From NCBI RefSeq assembly GCF_027921745.1, contig NC_079238.1:248001-312000 (forward strand): a DNA stretch of 64,000 bases. Direction: 5' to 3'. The notes beneath the pieces are model-generated. The model made no database searches and was not told where the DNA came from. It saw only the letters and a list, made by a program, of their open reading frames with translations. Position numbers and translations under genes: made by a program. The DNA comes from Schizosaccharomyces osmophilus (taxonomy: Eukaryota). The number at the start of each line of letters is the position of its first letter. Position 1 is the stretch's first letter. Positions 1 to 13,107 of this stretch are shown here, piece after piece.

Positions 1-638
1 GAGACGTTTGACTTGATGCCACCAGTACCCAAACCAATAATAATGAGGGAAACAACGAAACCGCCTAAACTTTTTCCAGAATTTACGACGGAGGGAATGG
101 CGGTACAAGTAAGGATAAGAATACCAACAAAATAAATAACAGCACTGACCCAAATGGTGTTGTATCGACCCAAGAATTGATCGGCAATGAAAGCGGAAAA
201 GACAGGGGTTACATAGCACCAGAATTGGAAGAAGTTAGAAAGACCAGTAGCACCAGATTGACCAAGACTCAAAGCACCTTTTGTGGAGTCGTGAGGACCG
301 AATTGCATGTAATTTTGGAAAGGGACAGTTAAACCATAATAAGCAAACCGTTCGCAAAGTTCGACGATGACAATCACCCAAGCACAGAAAGGGATGCTAC
401 TTGGAACATGACTAAGTGTTTGGATTTCTTCTTCCGTAGGAGGAAAATAGGTTTCGCCATCGATAATAATTCCATCGGAAAGGGACTTTTCGGGGGAATC
501 TTGGCTGTACAAGGACTGCTCATCAGCAATGACGGTGGCTTCTTCGGGATTCTTCTTCACATCTTTTTCGTAAGATTCGTTTGTCGAAATAATGTCAAAA
601 GCGCCATCAACGGCCTTGTTGGGAGGAATTGTGCTCAT
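1..638 (-). CDS. ptr2: PTR/POT family peptide transporter, 5' part (runs off window start)
   Basis: Reverse strand from ATG at 638 reads MSTIPPNK...IVIVELCERFAYYGLTVPFQNYMQFGP...SNFFQFWCYVTPVFSAFIADQFLGRYNTI, containing the ExxERF(S/A)YYG PTR motif. Confidence 0.9.
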   Translation of the reverse strand, partial: MSTIPPNKAVDGAFDIISTNESYEKDVKKNPEEATVIADEQSLYSQDSPEKSLSDGIIIDGETYFPPTEEEIQTLSHVPSSIPFCAWVIVIVELCERFAYYGLTVPFQNYMQFGPHDSTKGALSLGQSGATGLSNFFQFWCYVTPVFSAFIADQFLGRYNTIWVSAVIYFVGILILTCTAIPSVVNSGKSLGGFVVSLIIIGLGTGGIKSNV

Positions 639-2335
639 GGTATGAAAACAATACCAACCAAAAATGAATAAGGGAAAAGAAGAATAAAAAAAGGGAAACT
701 ACAAAAACAAAAATCCAAGGACAAGAGGGATAGAGATCTAACTAAATATTGAATAGAATTGTCCTTTCTTAGAAAACCTGTTTGATGGATATAGGAGAAC
801 ACAGATTCTCAAAAAGGTAACAAAAGGGTAACAAAAAATAGATAGAATCTACGCGTCTAAAAATAGGTAGACACAAAAGTTAAGAAGAAAAGAGCCAACA
901 AATAAGTTTTATATTATTTAGATAATAAATGTTGGGAAATGTTTCAGTTCTGCTTTATCGAGAGATATTAAAACACAACAAAAACAAGGAAATTAGAGCA
1001 CACAAAAACAAGCGAAAAAGGAATCCTTTTTCCAAATCCGGTTCAGATGATTATGGACTGATTCTCGTATCAAAGAAAGAATAAAATATTAAATATCAAA
1101 GAATGAAAAATTGAAAAACGAAAAAGAAAATAATAGTCACAAAGTATTTTCTACTTGCTGCTGGTACGTTCCGGACAAGAGAGCGATATAATCCCGAGGG
1201 AATGCCCGGTTATATAGTCACAGGCTTTTTAACGATAGCGATATCCATGTGGTAAAAACGCCTTTATCTATGTAAAAACAGCCATTTGTCTAGATAAGAA
1301 ATCTCGCACATTAGGTACAGCCGTGTAGCCATGTGGCCAAATTTTAACCAATCAAATGTCGTAAAATAAAAGCAAACAAGCGAGATGAGAGAACCGATCC
1401 AATCAATCACTTCTTGACCAATCATAGGAAACCGGATTAACCTTGTTCTTTCGATCAGCAGATAATGAAATAAACACATGCCATGAGATATGTCTACCGG
1501 AGTCCAGATACTCCATTAGGTTTCACGATGATGGTACTGTTACCACCTACAGGAATTAGATAGAGATTAAGTTTATCAACGTGATGTTGACAGAACCATA
1601 TATGGATCGCGTAGAACAGTCTTTCGTAACTTATGAAAAAGACCGGAAAGAGCGGCTGGCACGACTCGTGTTGTTTGGGTGGCAGTGCAGGGCCGTTAAG
1701 GAAGAGCTTAGTTTTAGTAAACAAACGCACTTGGCAGCTATCTGTAGACAGTAGTAGAGTCAGGAATGGAGCAGGACAGAACAGAACAGAACAGAAGAGT
1801 GGTAATGAAACGAATAAATAGATGGATTGCTTGAAATTGAACCACCGAGATATTGCAGAATGAAAGAGCTGATAGAAAGAATGATGCCAAGTTGTGTAAG
1901 AATGATAACAAAAAGTGGAAGAAACGATAGACAACGAACGTTTAGCTTAGTTGAGCCCCGTTGGAAACGTCCTAGGAATGAAATGGAAACCAAACCCCGG
2001 TTTATTTACAAGACATTGATGAATTGAGTGATGAATTGAGAGAATCTGTATCCATATTTCTTTGTAGATATCATTTTCTGCTTGGACTTGCCTATGAATC
2101 TTGCATCGGAAACTGTACCTGTTGTGAGGGCGGGAGTGGAAGATGGTGGGTGTAGAAACCTTGTAAACAAACACATCATGTAAACAAATAAAATATAAAA
2201 GTATATAATCTTAACAGGGATCCGTGTCGGCTTTTAATAATGTTCTTTGTTTCCCAGGCTCTTGCTTAAGCGAAGCTCCTTATGTTGTTTAAGTACGGAT
2301 GGCTAACGAGGATCAACAAGGAAAGCAATGGGGGT

Positions 2336-2400
2336 ATAGTAGTAGTAAGTAGTGGTAGTAGTAGTAGTAGAAGAGGTAATGGGTGGTATTAGTAGTGTAG
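2336..2400. repeat. imperfect (GTA)n/(AGT)n microsatellite
   Basis: tagtagtagtaagtagtggtagtagtagtagtag... Confidence 0.7.
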
Positions 2401-2777
2401 TATCGTTTTAAAAAAGGTGAAAACAGTGAAAACCGTGAATGGTTGATCAGCAATGGATGAAAAAGGAAAAGCTAAGACATGACGAGCATGGACGCTTGCT
2501 TATGGATACGCTGGTCCACCTTTACTGAAATGAAATTGTTTGTTATATTTATTCATCATGGAACCCGTCCAACATTATCATCAACATCATTATGATCGAT
2601 CCAAGAGTCTAGAGACCTTTTTTCTTGTTTTCTTTTCTCATACAATTCGATGGATTTCCTTTGGAGTGTGTCGTGTCGAGCACATTCCAACACATGCAAA
2701 TGCCGTACATCATAAAGAAAACATGAGAAAATCGATTTATCTATCCAAGAAAAATAACTGGAGTGCGAAAAGAAATA

Positions 2778-4134
2778 TTACGAGATGGGGGGGACAGGAA
2801 CATTACTTTCAGCTCTTGCATACTTTAAAAAAGCTCCAAACACCCCTAAATAACCCTCATGTCTCAAAAAATATGCGTTCATCGTCTGATTGCTCCAAAA
2901 TTTAATGGCATAGGTAAGCGTATGCATCGTTTGTACATGGTTGCGAATAAAGCTGCCTCCAAAGTAGATGTTTTTGACGTTATGCTTTTGCGCATGCAAA
3001 TATGCAATCTGGCCAATGTTGTTACTAATCGCTAATAACAATGACCTAGCAATGTCTTCCGGTAAAAATTCGTCCAGTCTTTTGTTTTCCCGGAACACTT
3101 TTCCAAACGAACTCGCGATCGTGCTGTCTTTCAGTCCAAACCGCTCATAACCAACATTTTCTCCATAAATGTCGCCCACCAACATATCTACCGCCGCGTT
3201 GTCTCCTTTTTTCGAGAGTTCCAACATTTCATCATACGACGACGCATGCGTCAGCAAGGATAGCAGCCCCCAAAGCGTTCCCCCTCCCAGCGATGATCCT
3301 CCAATACGCTCAAACTTGGAAGGTCCCGTCACTTTCAAAATACTCACACCAGATCCAATATTCACAAGCATGTGTGGATACTTTTCGTCATGAAATTGCT
3401 CTTCGAATGCCATCTCACACGTCTCTGGGTTTAACATGAATACCTCGCCTGGAATGCATGACACCAAGTAGTTTAATCCTTTAATTAAGCATTCCATCTC
3501 ATCTTCACGAATCACCTCTACATTCAATTCTTCTGACATTCTATCATAAAACTTGTACGCTCCTCCTCCCGTAGCCATCACCGTAACGGGCTTTCGTCTC
3601 GATTCTCGTGCGTGGTCCTGTATTAATTGCTTCATAAGTTGTATGCAGTCATCAATTTTAGAAGTCTCAAACTTAACAAACGATAATCTTCCTCCACGAT
3701 CAGATACATTTTCATGAACCTCTGAACTTGACGAACTCGGGGATGTTGTGTCTCGAACATAGTAAAGGATCTTTGCCAGTGAACCACCAATCTAGACAAT
3801 CCTTCATTAGTACTTGTTTTTCGAAACTTTCCGTCATTCACATTTTCTCGTTTCCTCTAGAAAACACCACATACATCAATCGCAATATGCGTGACTTGAG
3901 AGCGATTATTTGGTAGAACTATGTCTTTGCTATCCTGACCTTCCTCCTCAAGGATTTGAGCTCCTATCTTTTTGTTAGTCTCACGCTCCTCGTTCAAATC
4001 CAACTGCTCATCCTTCCTATCATACCTGTCAGGTTTAACCATAACGATGGAGGTTCTGCTAATTGGCGTTCAACCTGTTCTATAATTTCTTCACTAATTT
4101 GGCTGTGTCGTAATCCTGGTTTGTTTGTATCCAT
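2778..4134 (-). CDS. ptk1: type II (fumble) pantothenate kinase, 3 exons (4134-4026, 3963-3875, 3791-2778)
   Basis: Spliced reading THIAID|IGGSLAK, ATGGGAYKF, LVNIGSGVS, GGSSLGGGTLWGL; GTATG..AG introns keep the frame; CAB1 ortholog. Confidence 0.93.
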
Positions 4135-4818
4135 ATTGTTCAGGTATCTATTGGGTATTACACAAAATAGCGGTTCTATTAGCCTAAATGCTTCTTGCTT
4201 CTAATCAATTTCGCTCTATGTTTCTTTTCGAAATACAAAAGAACTCAATCTGCTTTGCTGTGGTTCAAGAAAAAGATGGGACTTGTGTGTGTCTAGTGTG
4301 TGCACGTGTGGGACTTGTGTTGGGTCGTATGTTTGTACCAAACTCATATCTTTAAAGAAGACTATCTATCAAGCGCCTTCAGTTCATTCTCTTAATTGTT
4401 CTATAAAAGCTTGTATTTCTTTTGAAACGGTAATCATTTTGTTTCATAAAGTACAAGAATGTTTACACCATCTTTTCACTGAAACATGGAATCACTAAAC
4501 ATAGTCTAGTATTACGAGAATTTATGTTATTTTAAGTACCAGTAAAAATAAACGTTAGTAGTTCATCTCATTTAAAAAGTCCTTGTAATTTCTGAATGAA
4601 CTCATTGATCATTCTAGGTTCTTTTGCTTTTTATATATCCGAGAGTTTATTCATGCTCAAACGATGGAAGCTCTTCATAAGAAAATTGGTTTTCTCTTTC
4701 AAAAAGAATTTTTGCAAGGGAGAAGAGAAGGGATAGAGATTGGAAACAAGAGTTTTATGAGTTCATAGCTACTTCATTGAAATCCTATAGAAGCACTTTC
4801 CACAAAAAAAGATTCAAC

Positions 4819-6525
4819 TTAAATGCTAGGATGAAATAATCTATAAATTCGGTCAATAGCACGGAGTTGGGAAGAAACACCATAAGCGTTTGTCTGGATA
4901 TCTTCCAAGTCTTGAAGAAGATCTTCCTGCATTGGTTTGGAAATTGCCAACTCTTTAGATAGCTCAGCCATGGAATTGACCTGAAACACAAGTAACCCAT
5001 ACTTCTGGTCATCCAAGGTTTTCTTCTTTCCAGAACATAGCAAAATTCTTTCCGCATCTCGCATTGCTTGGCGGAACCGTTGACGACGCTCCGACAAAGA
5101 TAAAACACTCCTTTTAAGAACATTTTTCTGAAACTGCTTGATCATAGCATAGCAAAAGATGATACTAGGAGTAATTCCCACAGTTGCAAAGACGAGCTGC
5201 TGACTCTTCAACAATCGATCAATACCGCTCAATGCTACCTCAACATCCACCTTTGTCTTTTGTAACTGAATCAAAAGGGTACGGATCAAATTTCCGGAAA
5301 TAGCCGTTTTTAACGGCGCTTTTAAATCATGTTCGTATGCCTGCAGCACTGGAGTCAAGTCTCCTTCCCGGACTTGAGCCTTTACGAGATCCAGGTCTAT
5401 GGTAGATGTAGAAGTATCACGCACAAAATCTAGTACCATACGTTGAAGACTTTTCATATCGCTATCCAAACTTTGCGTCTGAATCACTGCGATTTGAGAG
5501 TCTGCACGATTACTGCTTATGGTATCTAAAATGCCCAAGACAGGCTTATAGACCCAATTATTAATAAAATCAGCCAATGTCAAATATAAATACTCTATCC
5601 AATCTAATAGATTACGTTGATTTTTCGTGATGAATCGAATCGTCACCCAACTCGTCAACAAAGCTGTTAGTACTTTAAACCAACTCCTTTCAAAAGTAGA
5701 AGGGCTATAATATTCTTTGGCCTGTAATTGCTGTTCACTCGGTTTTATTATCGTATCAAAAATTGCCAAGAGGTCTTCTGCACGATTTTTGTTTGGGCTT
5801 ATATTTAGAAGTGTAAGCAGGCGCTCAATCCATTTGCTCACAAGATCATCTAGTTTTGTAGGTTCTTGGGTAACGGAGGAATCAAAAACTTCAGGAGGAA
5901 GCCTTGCATCCATTATAGCCCTACTTAAGCTACCAATTTTCGATGCATTTTTATCTCGTAGAACACGCAAATGCTTGGCATTGCTTCCATATTCATGGCG
6001 TATAAGTGAAAGAACATTTGTGCGAGAAATAAATACTTCACGAGCATAAAAATGAATATCCGCGGCGCTAACCTTTGGGAAAAAATTGCTCTTTTGAAAC
6101 ACTTGCGAAAAGTTTGGATAGCGAAGTGTTGAATTCACGGACTGCCGAAAGGCCTTCCACAAACGAATAGGAAAAGACTGAATCAAATAATATAAGCGCG
6201 AAATCCAATTTCTGTCCACGGTTTCCCAATAGTGCATATTGTCAGACAATTCAGTTGTTTCATTCAATAACTTTTTTAGTAGCATGACATGTAATGTTGC
6301 AGAACATCGACCCAAAATGGACCAATACAGAGAATCATGTTGATTGCTTTCTAATTTTTGAATCTCCTGGATGACAAGTCGTAACTGATACTTGCTGATT
6401 GAAGATCCGTCCAGCTGCTGGAAGACCTGTAAAGCCAATGAATTCGGTGGAGAGCTAGACTTTGTATAGATGCTTTCGTCAAAGGTACTGTAAACATTTT
6501 TCAAGTGTTTCCGATAAATCTCCAT
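4819..6525 (-). CDS. nca2: Nca2 family mitochondrial protein (nuclear control of ATPase)
   Basis: 568 aa ORF with GDLTPVLQAYEHDLKAPLKTAISGNLIRTLLIQLQKTKVDVEVALSGIDRLLKSQQL, typical of NCA2. Confidence 0.88.
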   Translation of the reverse strand: MEIYRKHLKNVYSTFDESIYTKSSSPPNSLALQVFQQLDGSSISKYQLRLVIQEIQKLESNQHDSLYWSILGRCSATLHVMLLKKLLNETTELSDNMHYWETVDRNWISRLYYLIQSFPIRLWKAFRQSVNSTLRYPNFSQVFQKSNFFPKVSAADIHFYAREVFISRTNVLSLIRHEYGSNAKHLRVLRDKNASKIGSLSRAIMDARLPPEVFDSSVTQEPTKLDDLVSKWIERLLTLLNISPNKNRAEDLLAIFDTIIKPSEQQLQAKEYYSPSTFERSWFKVLTALLTSWVTIRFITKNQRNLLDWIEYLYLTLADFINNWVYKPVLGILDTISSNRADSQIAVIQTQSLDSDMKSLQRMVLDFVRDTSTSTIDLDLVKAQVREGDLTPVLQAYEHDLKAPLKTAISGNLIRTLLIQLQKTKVDVEVALSGIDRLLKSQQLVFATVGITPSIIFCYAMIKQFQKNVLKRSVLSLSERRQRFRQAMRDAERILLCSGKKKTLDDQKYGLLVFQVNSMAELSKELAISKPMQEDLLQDLEDIQTNAYGVSSQLRAIDRIYRLFHPSI

Positions 6526-7219
6526 AATTTATCCACAGGAACGCAGTTTACAGCTTCATAAATTTTTTAAATAAATCTATATTAAATAATTGAGGGGAGT
6601 TACTATACAAAATGAGAGTTTTCGTTTCTGGTTTTTACGATTTAGAGTGCTATAGAATTTGAGGTCATAGGACTGATTCTTTTAGCAAGGTGATCATCAT
6701 CCAGCCAAGGATTCTTGCTGAATAAAAGAAAACAAAAGAATTTAAAATAAAAATAGAAAACCCGTTTCTGTTTATGATATATGAATGTGAGTATTAAAGT
6801 CCATTTGTTTGAAAAAAATCCATTCTATTCTCTTTTAGCATCCTAGAGAAAAGAAAGAACCTGAGACCAAACGACTTTATAGGTAAAAAATCTTTTCACA
6901 TCTCTAATAAAAATAAACCACATTCAAATAGAAAGGAAAAAGTACGCTGTACTGAAATCTATGTAATTCATATTTTCTTCCGCCTATTTATTTATTTACC
7001 AAAGAGCTAGTACGTATTCGTTAAACATATTTTTGCGTTGTGGTAAACGTTATAGTACTTTAATGTTTAATATCGGTAAACCCTTTTCAACTACAGTCAA
7101 ACACGCAAAAGAATATTAAGGCAGACATTCAAAACCGGTAAACAAACTTAATGCACTCCAAGGTATGATTGTAATTGCTCCCATTTCCAATCCACACTCG
7201 AACGTGGCCGTATTCCACT

Positions 7220-9862
7220 ATGTCTGGAAACGCTGGTTCCTCTACGTATGTGGCATTTCAACCATCATAATATAGACTAACATTTTATTAGAGAGGATGG
7301 AAAACACCATAAACTTCTTATTTACTTTCTTGAGCGAATTCGAAGTTCCAAGGATAATGTGTACGTTGTGCTCGGTATATGAATGAGAAAAAGTGAATGA
7401 TCTAACACACAATTTGTATTAGTGGAAATTCCCTTTCTAAAATAATTGAAACGAATCCGCTGTCGGACAATCCGAATGATTTATTTGCCAGCAATCGGCC
7501 AACCTGTTTGAAAGCAGTTCAACTAAAGATAGAAAGCTCTGCTTATCGAGATTTATCAGAATTTGTCTTTGACATCGCTCAATTAATCGCTAATGTCAAA
7601 TTTTTGTACCACGGTTCGCAGAGCTTCTCTCTTGTTTGTATGTTGGAAGAATTTTGTATTCTCCAGTTACAAATGCTGCACCAGCAAGGATTCACAGCTA
7701 TGACCCTTTGGCCTCAGGTTCAAGCATCGCATGCTATGATGAGTCAAAAAAGTACTACCTCCAATACCTTCCGACCTTCTTCGATTTCCCCCCAAAGCTT
7801 GCTTTCTGCAAATGCATCAAATACACCCAATACACCCAAACAAGTAAAGCATGAAGAACAACCATCTGATCAGGATTCAGAGTTTTATGGGGAAGAAGCT
7901 GAAGCAGATACAGAGTTAAAGAGAAAATTTGCTCGTGATGAGTCCGTGGCGAAAGAAGAAGATGTCAAACATAGAAAGTTGCAACAATTTCCAACGAAAC
8001 CAACTGTTCCACTAGAAGCAAAAGCAAAAGTGATTATGCGTCAGGTTCGAAGATATCGGGATGTGAATGGAAGACAATTATTTGCACCATTTGAGCGTTT
8101 ACCAGATCCAAGGATGTTTCCTGAATATTATCAAGCAATTCACCATCCCATGGCCCTAGATGTGATCCAGAAGAAATTAAACAAAAATCAATATTCGTCT
8201 CTTGATGAGTTCATTTCTGATTTTAACCTCATGTTCAACAATGCAAAATCTTTTAATGACTCTTCTAGTCAGGTATTCCGCGATGCCGACTTTCTACAAA
8301 AGTACTTGGCCGACGTGATTCAAATGGAGCTGGGAAGACTGGATGTTGATGGTGGTCCATACGACGTAGATTCTCACACTTCTCAGAGACACGACAAGCA
8401 ATTTCAGACATCCATCTTTTATGAAGGCACTCCGCTGAGCATAGGGGATTGGATATTATTGAAGAACCCGTCTGACCTTAATAAACCGGTTGTTGCACAG
8501 ATATTCAAAATTTGGAATTCATCTGACCAAACACCTTGGATAACCGTATGCTGGTACTTCCGCCCTGAACAAACCGTACACCGTGCCGATCGCATCTTCT
8601 ATGAAAACGAAGTATTCAAAACATCTCTTTACAGGGATCATCCTGTTTCGGATATTATTGAAAGATGTTTTGTAATGTACATCACTCGCTACGTGCGCGG
8701 GAGGCCGAAAGGTATTCGCTCAACGCCGGTGTTTGTTTGTGAGTCTCGCTATAATGATGACACGAAACAATTCAGCAAAATTAAATCCTGGAAAGGGTGT
8801 ATGCCTGAAGAAGTTCGAGGATTCGACTATGAAATGATACTTTTTGATCATACTATCCCTCCAAATAAAGTTCCTAGTCCTTTGCTTCACTTGCTATCTG
8901 GGAGACCCCAAATGTCCGACACTCAAACGCAGATGGCTTTATTTGGTAACAATAGCATGAACGCGATTCCTGCTCAGGGTGTTATATTGCCAACTTCTAC
9001 GAATCTTGATGATAATTTGAATCCAAACCGCGTTATTTCTCCATCCCCTTCCGAATCGTTTTCGTCAACGCCGAAGCCTTCCCATTTGAATAATGGTACT
9101 CCTCCTGTAATGCCAACTTATGCAAGAAAGACTAGTACTCACTCGGATCGTACACAATCCCATCTTTCAAGATTAGGCTTGCCAGGTCCAGGGATGTACG
9201 GTTCTGCAGGTGGATACCCCCCCTTGGGAAATCAAAGCAACATGGGTCCTTTACCAGCACGTCCTTTTTATGGAAGCACACAAGACGTTACTTCCATGCC
9301 TCAATCTCAAAATTTATCCAACCTGTACGGGTCGAAGATGAATTCTCAATTTACAAAAGCGAATGTAACACCACAAGGTACACGCGCTCCTGGATCGGTT
9401 GCTAACGTATCCGGACAAACAACACATTTGAGTACTGCAAACAATGTGCATACGATGCCACCTCTTCCTTCATATACAGCTGCATTTATAATTCCAGGGA
9501 CTCATCAAAAAGAAGATGGCAGTGCCGCTGGTCAAGGAATTGATGAGAAAACTACCATTAACGTTGACACAGTGAAGGTTCTTGATAAGGACGACTCTGG
9601 TAATGTCCTATGGTATTCGGTTCCACCTCAAGATCCGCTACCAATACAAAATTATAATTCTAATTTAAGTCATTCGTTAAAATATTTGGAATTCAAAAGA
9701 AAAAGGAGCCAGGATAAAAAAAAAGAATTGCAAACTTCCCCTAACAGAGAAGAAGCGCACAAGCATGACAAACTAATTAGTTCAGCTTTAGAAAAGCTGC
9801 ATGATTTGCAGGTACAACAAATTCACACATTAAAGAGCGAGTTGCCTAATATGAAGCACTAA
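7220..9862 (+). CDS. rsc1: RSC complex subunit Rsc1 (bromodomains + BAH), 3 exons
   Basis: ATG 7220, introns 7246-7291 and ~7362-7422 join into the 784 aa ORF; bromodomain PEYYQAIHHPMALD and BAH domain CWYFRPEQTVHRADRIFYENEVFKT. Confidence 0.92.
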
Positions 9863-10208
9863 TTTTGGTTATGGTTGCCTGAAGTTGGATGCATACATCT
9901 GTGTACATTAGATTTTTTTCTTCATTGGTATGAATTAGTTTATGGCCTGAGGCATTGAAGGTGGACGTTCATTGCCAATAAAAACAATTCATTTTTATCT
10001 AAAATAATTCATAGTGAATAGATGACTATGGTCCTCAGAACTTCATCCAATTAGTACATTATATTCATCTTCTAATTCACCTCTTTTTTAAAATTGCAGT
10101 CCTGCGTTATCCATCGTTAAACCAGCATGGTAGACATACATTTACCGTTACAATACAACTTCTTTTTGATTCGTTTGAATATTTTTCATTTAAACAACAT
10201 CTTATAGG

Positions 10209-11982
10209 ATGTCCCAAAAAAATCAATTTGCTTGTTCGTAATAATTAACTGAATGAAGGAGAAACTAACTATGTAGTTCGGTCAACTAAGGCCATTGGGC
10301 TCGTGAATGCCAGCGAAAACTTTACCAAGCCAGCTGCATTCGAGGAAGTTGATGAAATAGTTCGTGTTTCTTGCTATACTCCTAACGGGAAATACTATGC
10401 ATACGCTAGCCCAAATAATGTTGTTATCATTGACACTGGGTCTGGAAAGACATTGAGAGTTTTGCCAGCAGCAAACGTTTACGAGCTGGGATTTTCTCCT
10501 CTAGGAAGCATCTTAGGTACATGGGAGCGCCCTGGCAAGGAAGCTGATGGAAATCCCAAGCAAAATATGAAGATTTGGAACACCGACACCGGCGACTTGA
10601 TATTCAGCTTTGTTCAACGTAACCAAACTGGCTGGAACTTGCAATACACCGTCGATGAAAAACTTGCAGCTCGTTTGGTGACCAATGAGATTCATTTCTA
10701 TGACACTGCCAACTTGGGAAAGCCTCCAGTATTCAAGTTACGAGTGGAAGGAATGAGTGACTTTGCTTTGTCTCCCGGACGGAACCACATCGTTGCTGTG
10801 TTTGTCCCGGAAAGAAAGGGTGCACCAGCCTCGGTTCGTACATACAGCATTCCCAACTTTACCAGACCCCTTTCCCAGAAGACATTCTTCAAGGCCGACA
10901 AGGTTCAATTCAAATGGAATGCTTTAGGTACTTCTCTATTGGTTTTGACACAAACTGATGTTGATAAGTCAAACAAGAATTATTATGGTGAAACAAATCT
11001 ATATCTTCTGGGAATTACTGGCCAATTTGACAGCCGTGTTGATTTGGATCGCGAAGGCCCTATCCACGATGTCGCCTGGAACACAAATTCCAAGGAGTTC
11101 GGTATTGTTTATGGTTACATGCCTGCGAAGACTTCAATCTATGACAGCCGTGCTAATGTTATCCATACCTTGCCCCTTGCACCTCGAAACACACTTTTGT
11201 TTTCACCAAATTCAAGATATATCATGTTGGCAGGTTTTGGAAATCTCCAAGGTAGCATTGATATTTTCGACCGCCTCAATCAAATGAAGAAAATAACTAC
11301 CGTTGAAGCTGCTAATAGTACTTTCTGCGAATTCAGTCCCGACAGCCAATTCTTATTGACGGCTGTCACATCTCCCAGACTTCGTGTTGACAATAGTATT
11401 AAAATTTGGCACATTACAGGAGCACCCATGTTCTATGAAGAATTCGCAGAACTTTATCAGGCATTTTGGAGGCCTAGCCTGTTAAACGTTGCTTTGGTGG
11501 ATGATTCCCAAAGTGCTTCTAGCTTACCTTCTGCTCCAAATGCTCACGAGTCTGCTAGCAAGCTGTCTTCCAAGCCTGCCGTTAAGCCTACGGGTGCTTA
11601 TCGCCCTCCTGGTGCTAGAGGCCAAGCTTCCACATTCTCTTATAAGCGTGAGGAGCTCGATGTTTTGAGCAGCAACAGCGCTTCAAAGTTGCAAGCCACT
11701 CCTCGTCAACGTGTTGTTCCTGGTGCTGCCCCAGTGCCAGAAAAGAACAGCAAAAAGAACAAATCTAATAATAGTCAGAAGGCTGCACCTCAACAACCTC
11801 CTGCTGAGGCGAGTGACGAGAAGAAAATCCGTTCCCTCTGCAAAAAGTTGCGTGCCATTGACGATCTCAAGGCACGTTTGGACAAGAATGAAGAGCTGGA
11901 GGCTACTCAAGTTAAGAAAGTAGAGTCCGAAGGAAAGGTTTTAGAGGAGCTGAAAGCACTTGGTTGGAACCCAAATGCTTAA
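10209..11982 (+). CDS. translation initiation factor eIF2A, 2 exons (intron 10234-10276)
   Basis: WD40 eIF2A motifs TDVDKSNKNYYGETNLY, AGFGNLQG, SPRLRVDN; MSQKNQFA exon joined by a GTTCGT..TAG intron. Confidence 0.92.
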
Positions 11983-12717
11983 GCAGATCGGACCGCTTTT
12001 TCATTTTTCCAAGAAAAAAAACAGTTTCTTAGGTTTAAACCTTCTTAAAAAAACCCCAAGCCTCTAATTGTTATTTTTTCTCACTAGTGAGACGTTAAAA
12101 TATAGAAGCAATAGGTGACGAAGTACTTGATATGCAATTTATTCGAATGAATATGGGATTGGGCCCTTGCAGGGTTTGTTATTATGTATATTTACCTAAA
12201 TATCGAACTATGCTGTAACTGTGATCATGTCGTGAGTTTGCTTCTGATTTTTTTGGTTTTTAACAGTATACGCTTAAATGTTATGATATTTCAGCGTTTA
12301 TTCAATGGACATTGGAGCTGGTTCTCAATTGAAGCTTTTTGTTCTCCATGATTTTTTTTCTTTCCTTGTTTTCACTCGTTGTATCCTTTTCCTTTGGAAA
12401 GGTAACTGTCCTTTTATGTGTAAAAAAAAAAAAAATTGGTGAAATTGAACCACAACGAACTTGCCAATAACCAGCCAGCCATAGCAAAAAGGAATAAGGA
12501 AAATATATTTCCCTTTTGTCATCTATAAACCTCAAATTATAAAACCATTGAACATCTACGTAAAGCAAATTCTATTCCAAACTATTCTGCTATGTAAATC
12601 CAATAACCGCTTTCGCAAGACCAAGTAACAACAACAAGTAACAAATATAGTAAATCATTTTCCTTAGCAAGAGGACACTTGCAAAATCAAAAGAAAACCA
12701 CCTAGAATAGACGGAAA

Positions 12718-13107
12718 ATGTCGAAAGCAAGTGTTCCCGATTTGAAAAAAGTATGGTTTTAGAAAGAAATGAGAACTGCTGCTAACGGTGTCTGTAGTAT
12801 TTGGACAAGCAGGTTTTTGTTCAATTGAACGGTTCTCGCAAAGTATATGGCGTTTTGCGTGGTTACGATGTAAGATACTAGTTGTATGAATTCGAAATAC
12901 TAATATGAAAGATTTTTTTAAACATTGTACTCGAAGACACGACCGAAGAGAAAGCAAATGGTGAAAAAGTCAAAATCGGGTCTGTTACGATTCGTGGTAA
13001 TTCGGTTATTATGATAGAGGTAAGCTTTCTCTTGAGGGATAGTGTATCACCTTTTTTCCTTTTGATTCTAACCGTTTGAACTTTAGGCTCTAGAAAAGAT
13101 ATCCTAA
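12718..13107 (+). CDS. smg1: Sm snRNP core protein G, 4 exons
   Basis: Spliced: MSKASVPDLKK|YLDKQVFVQLNGSRKVYGVLRGYD|IFLNIVLED...SVTIRGNSVIMIE|ALEKIS*; missing from the ORF track. Confidence 0.93.
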
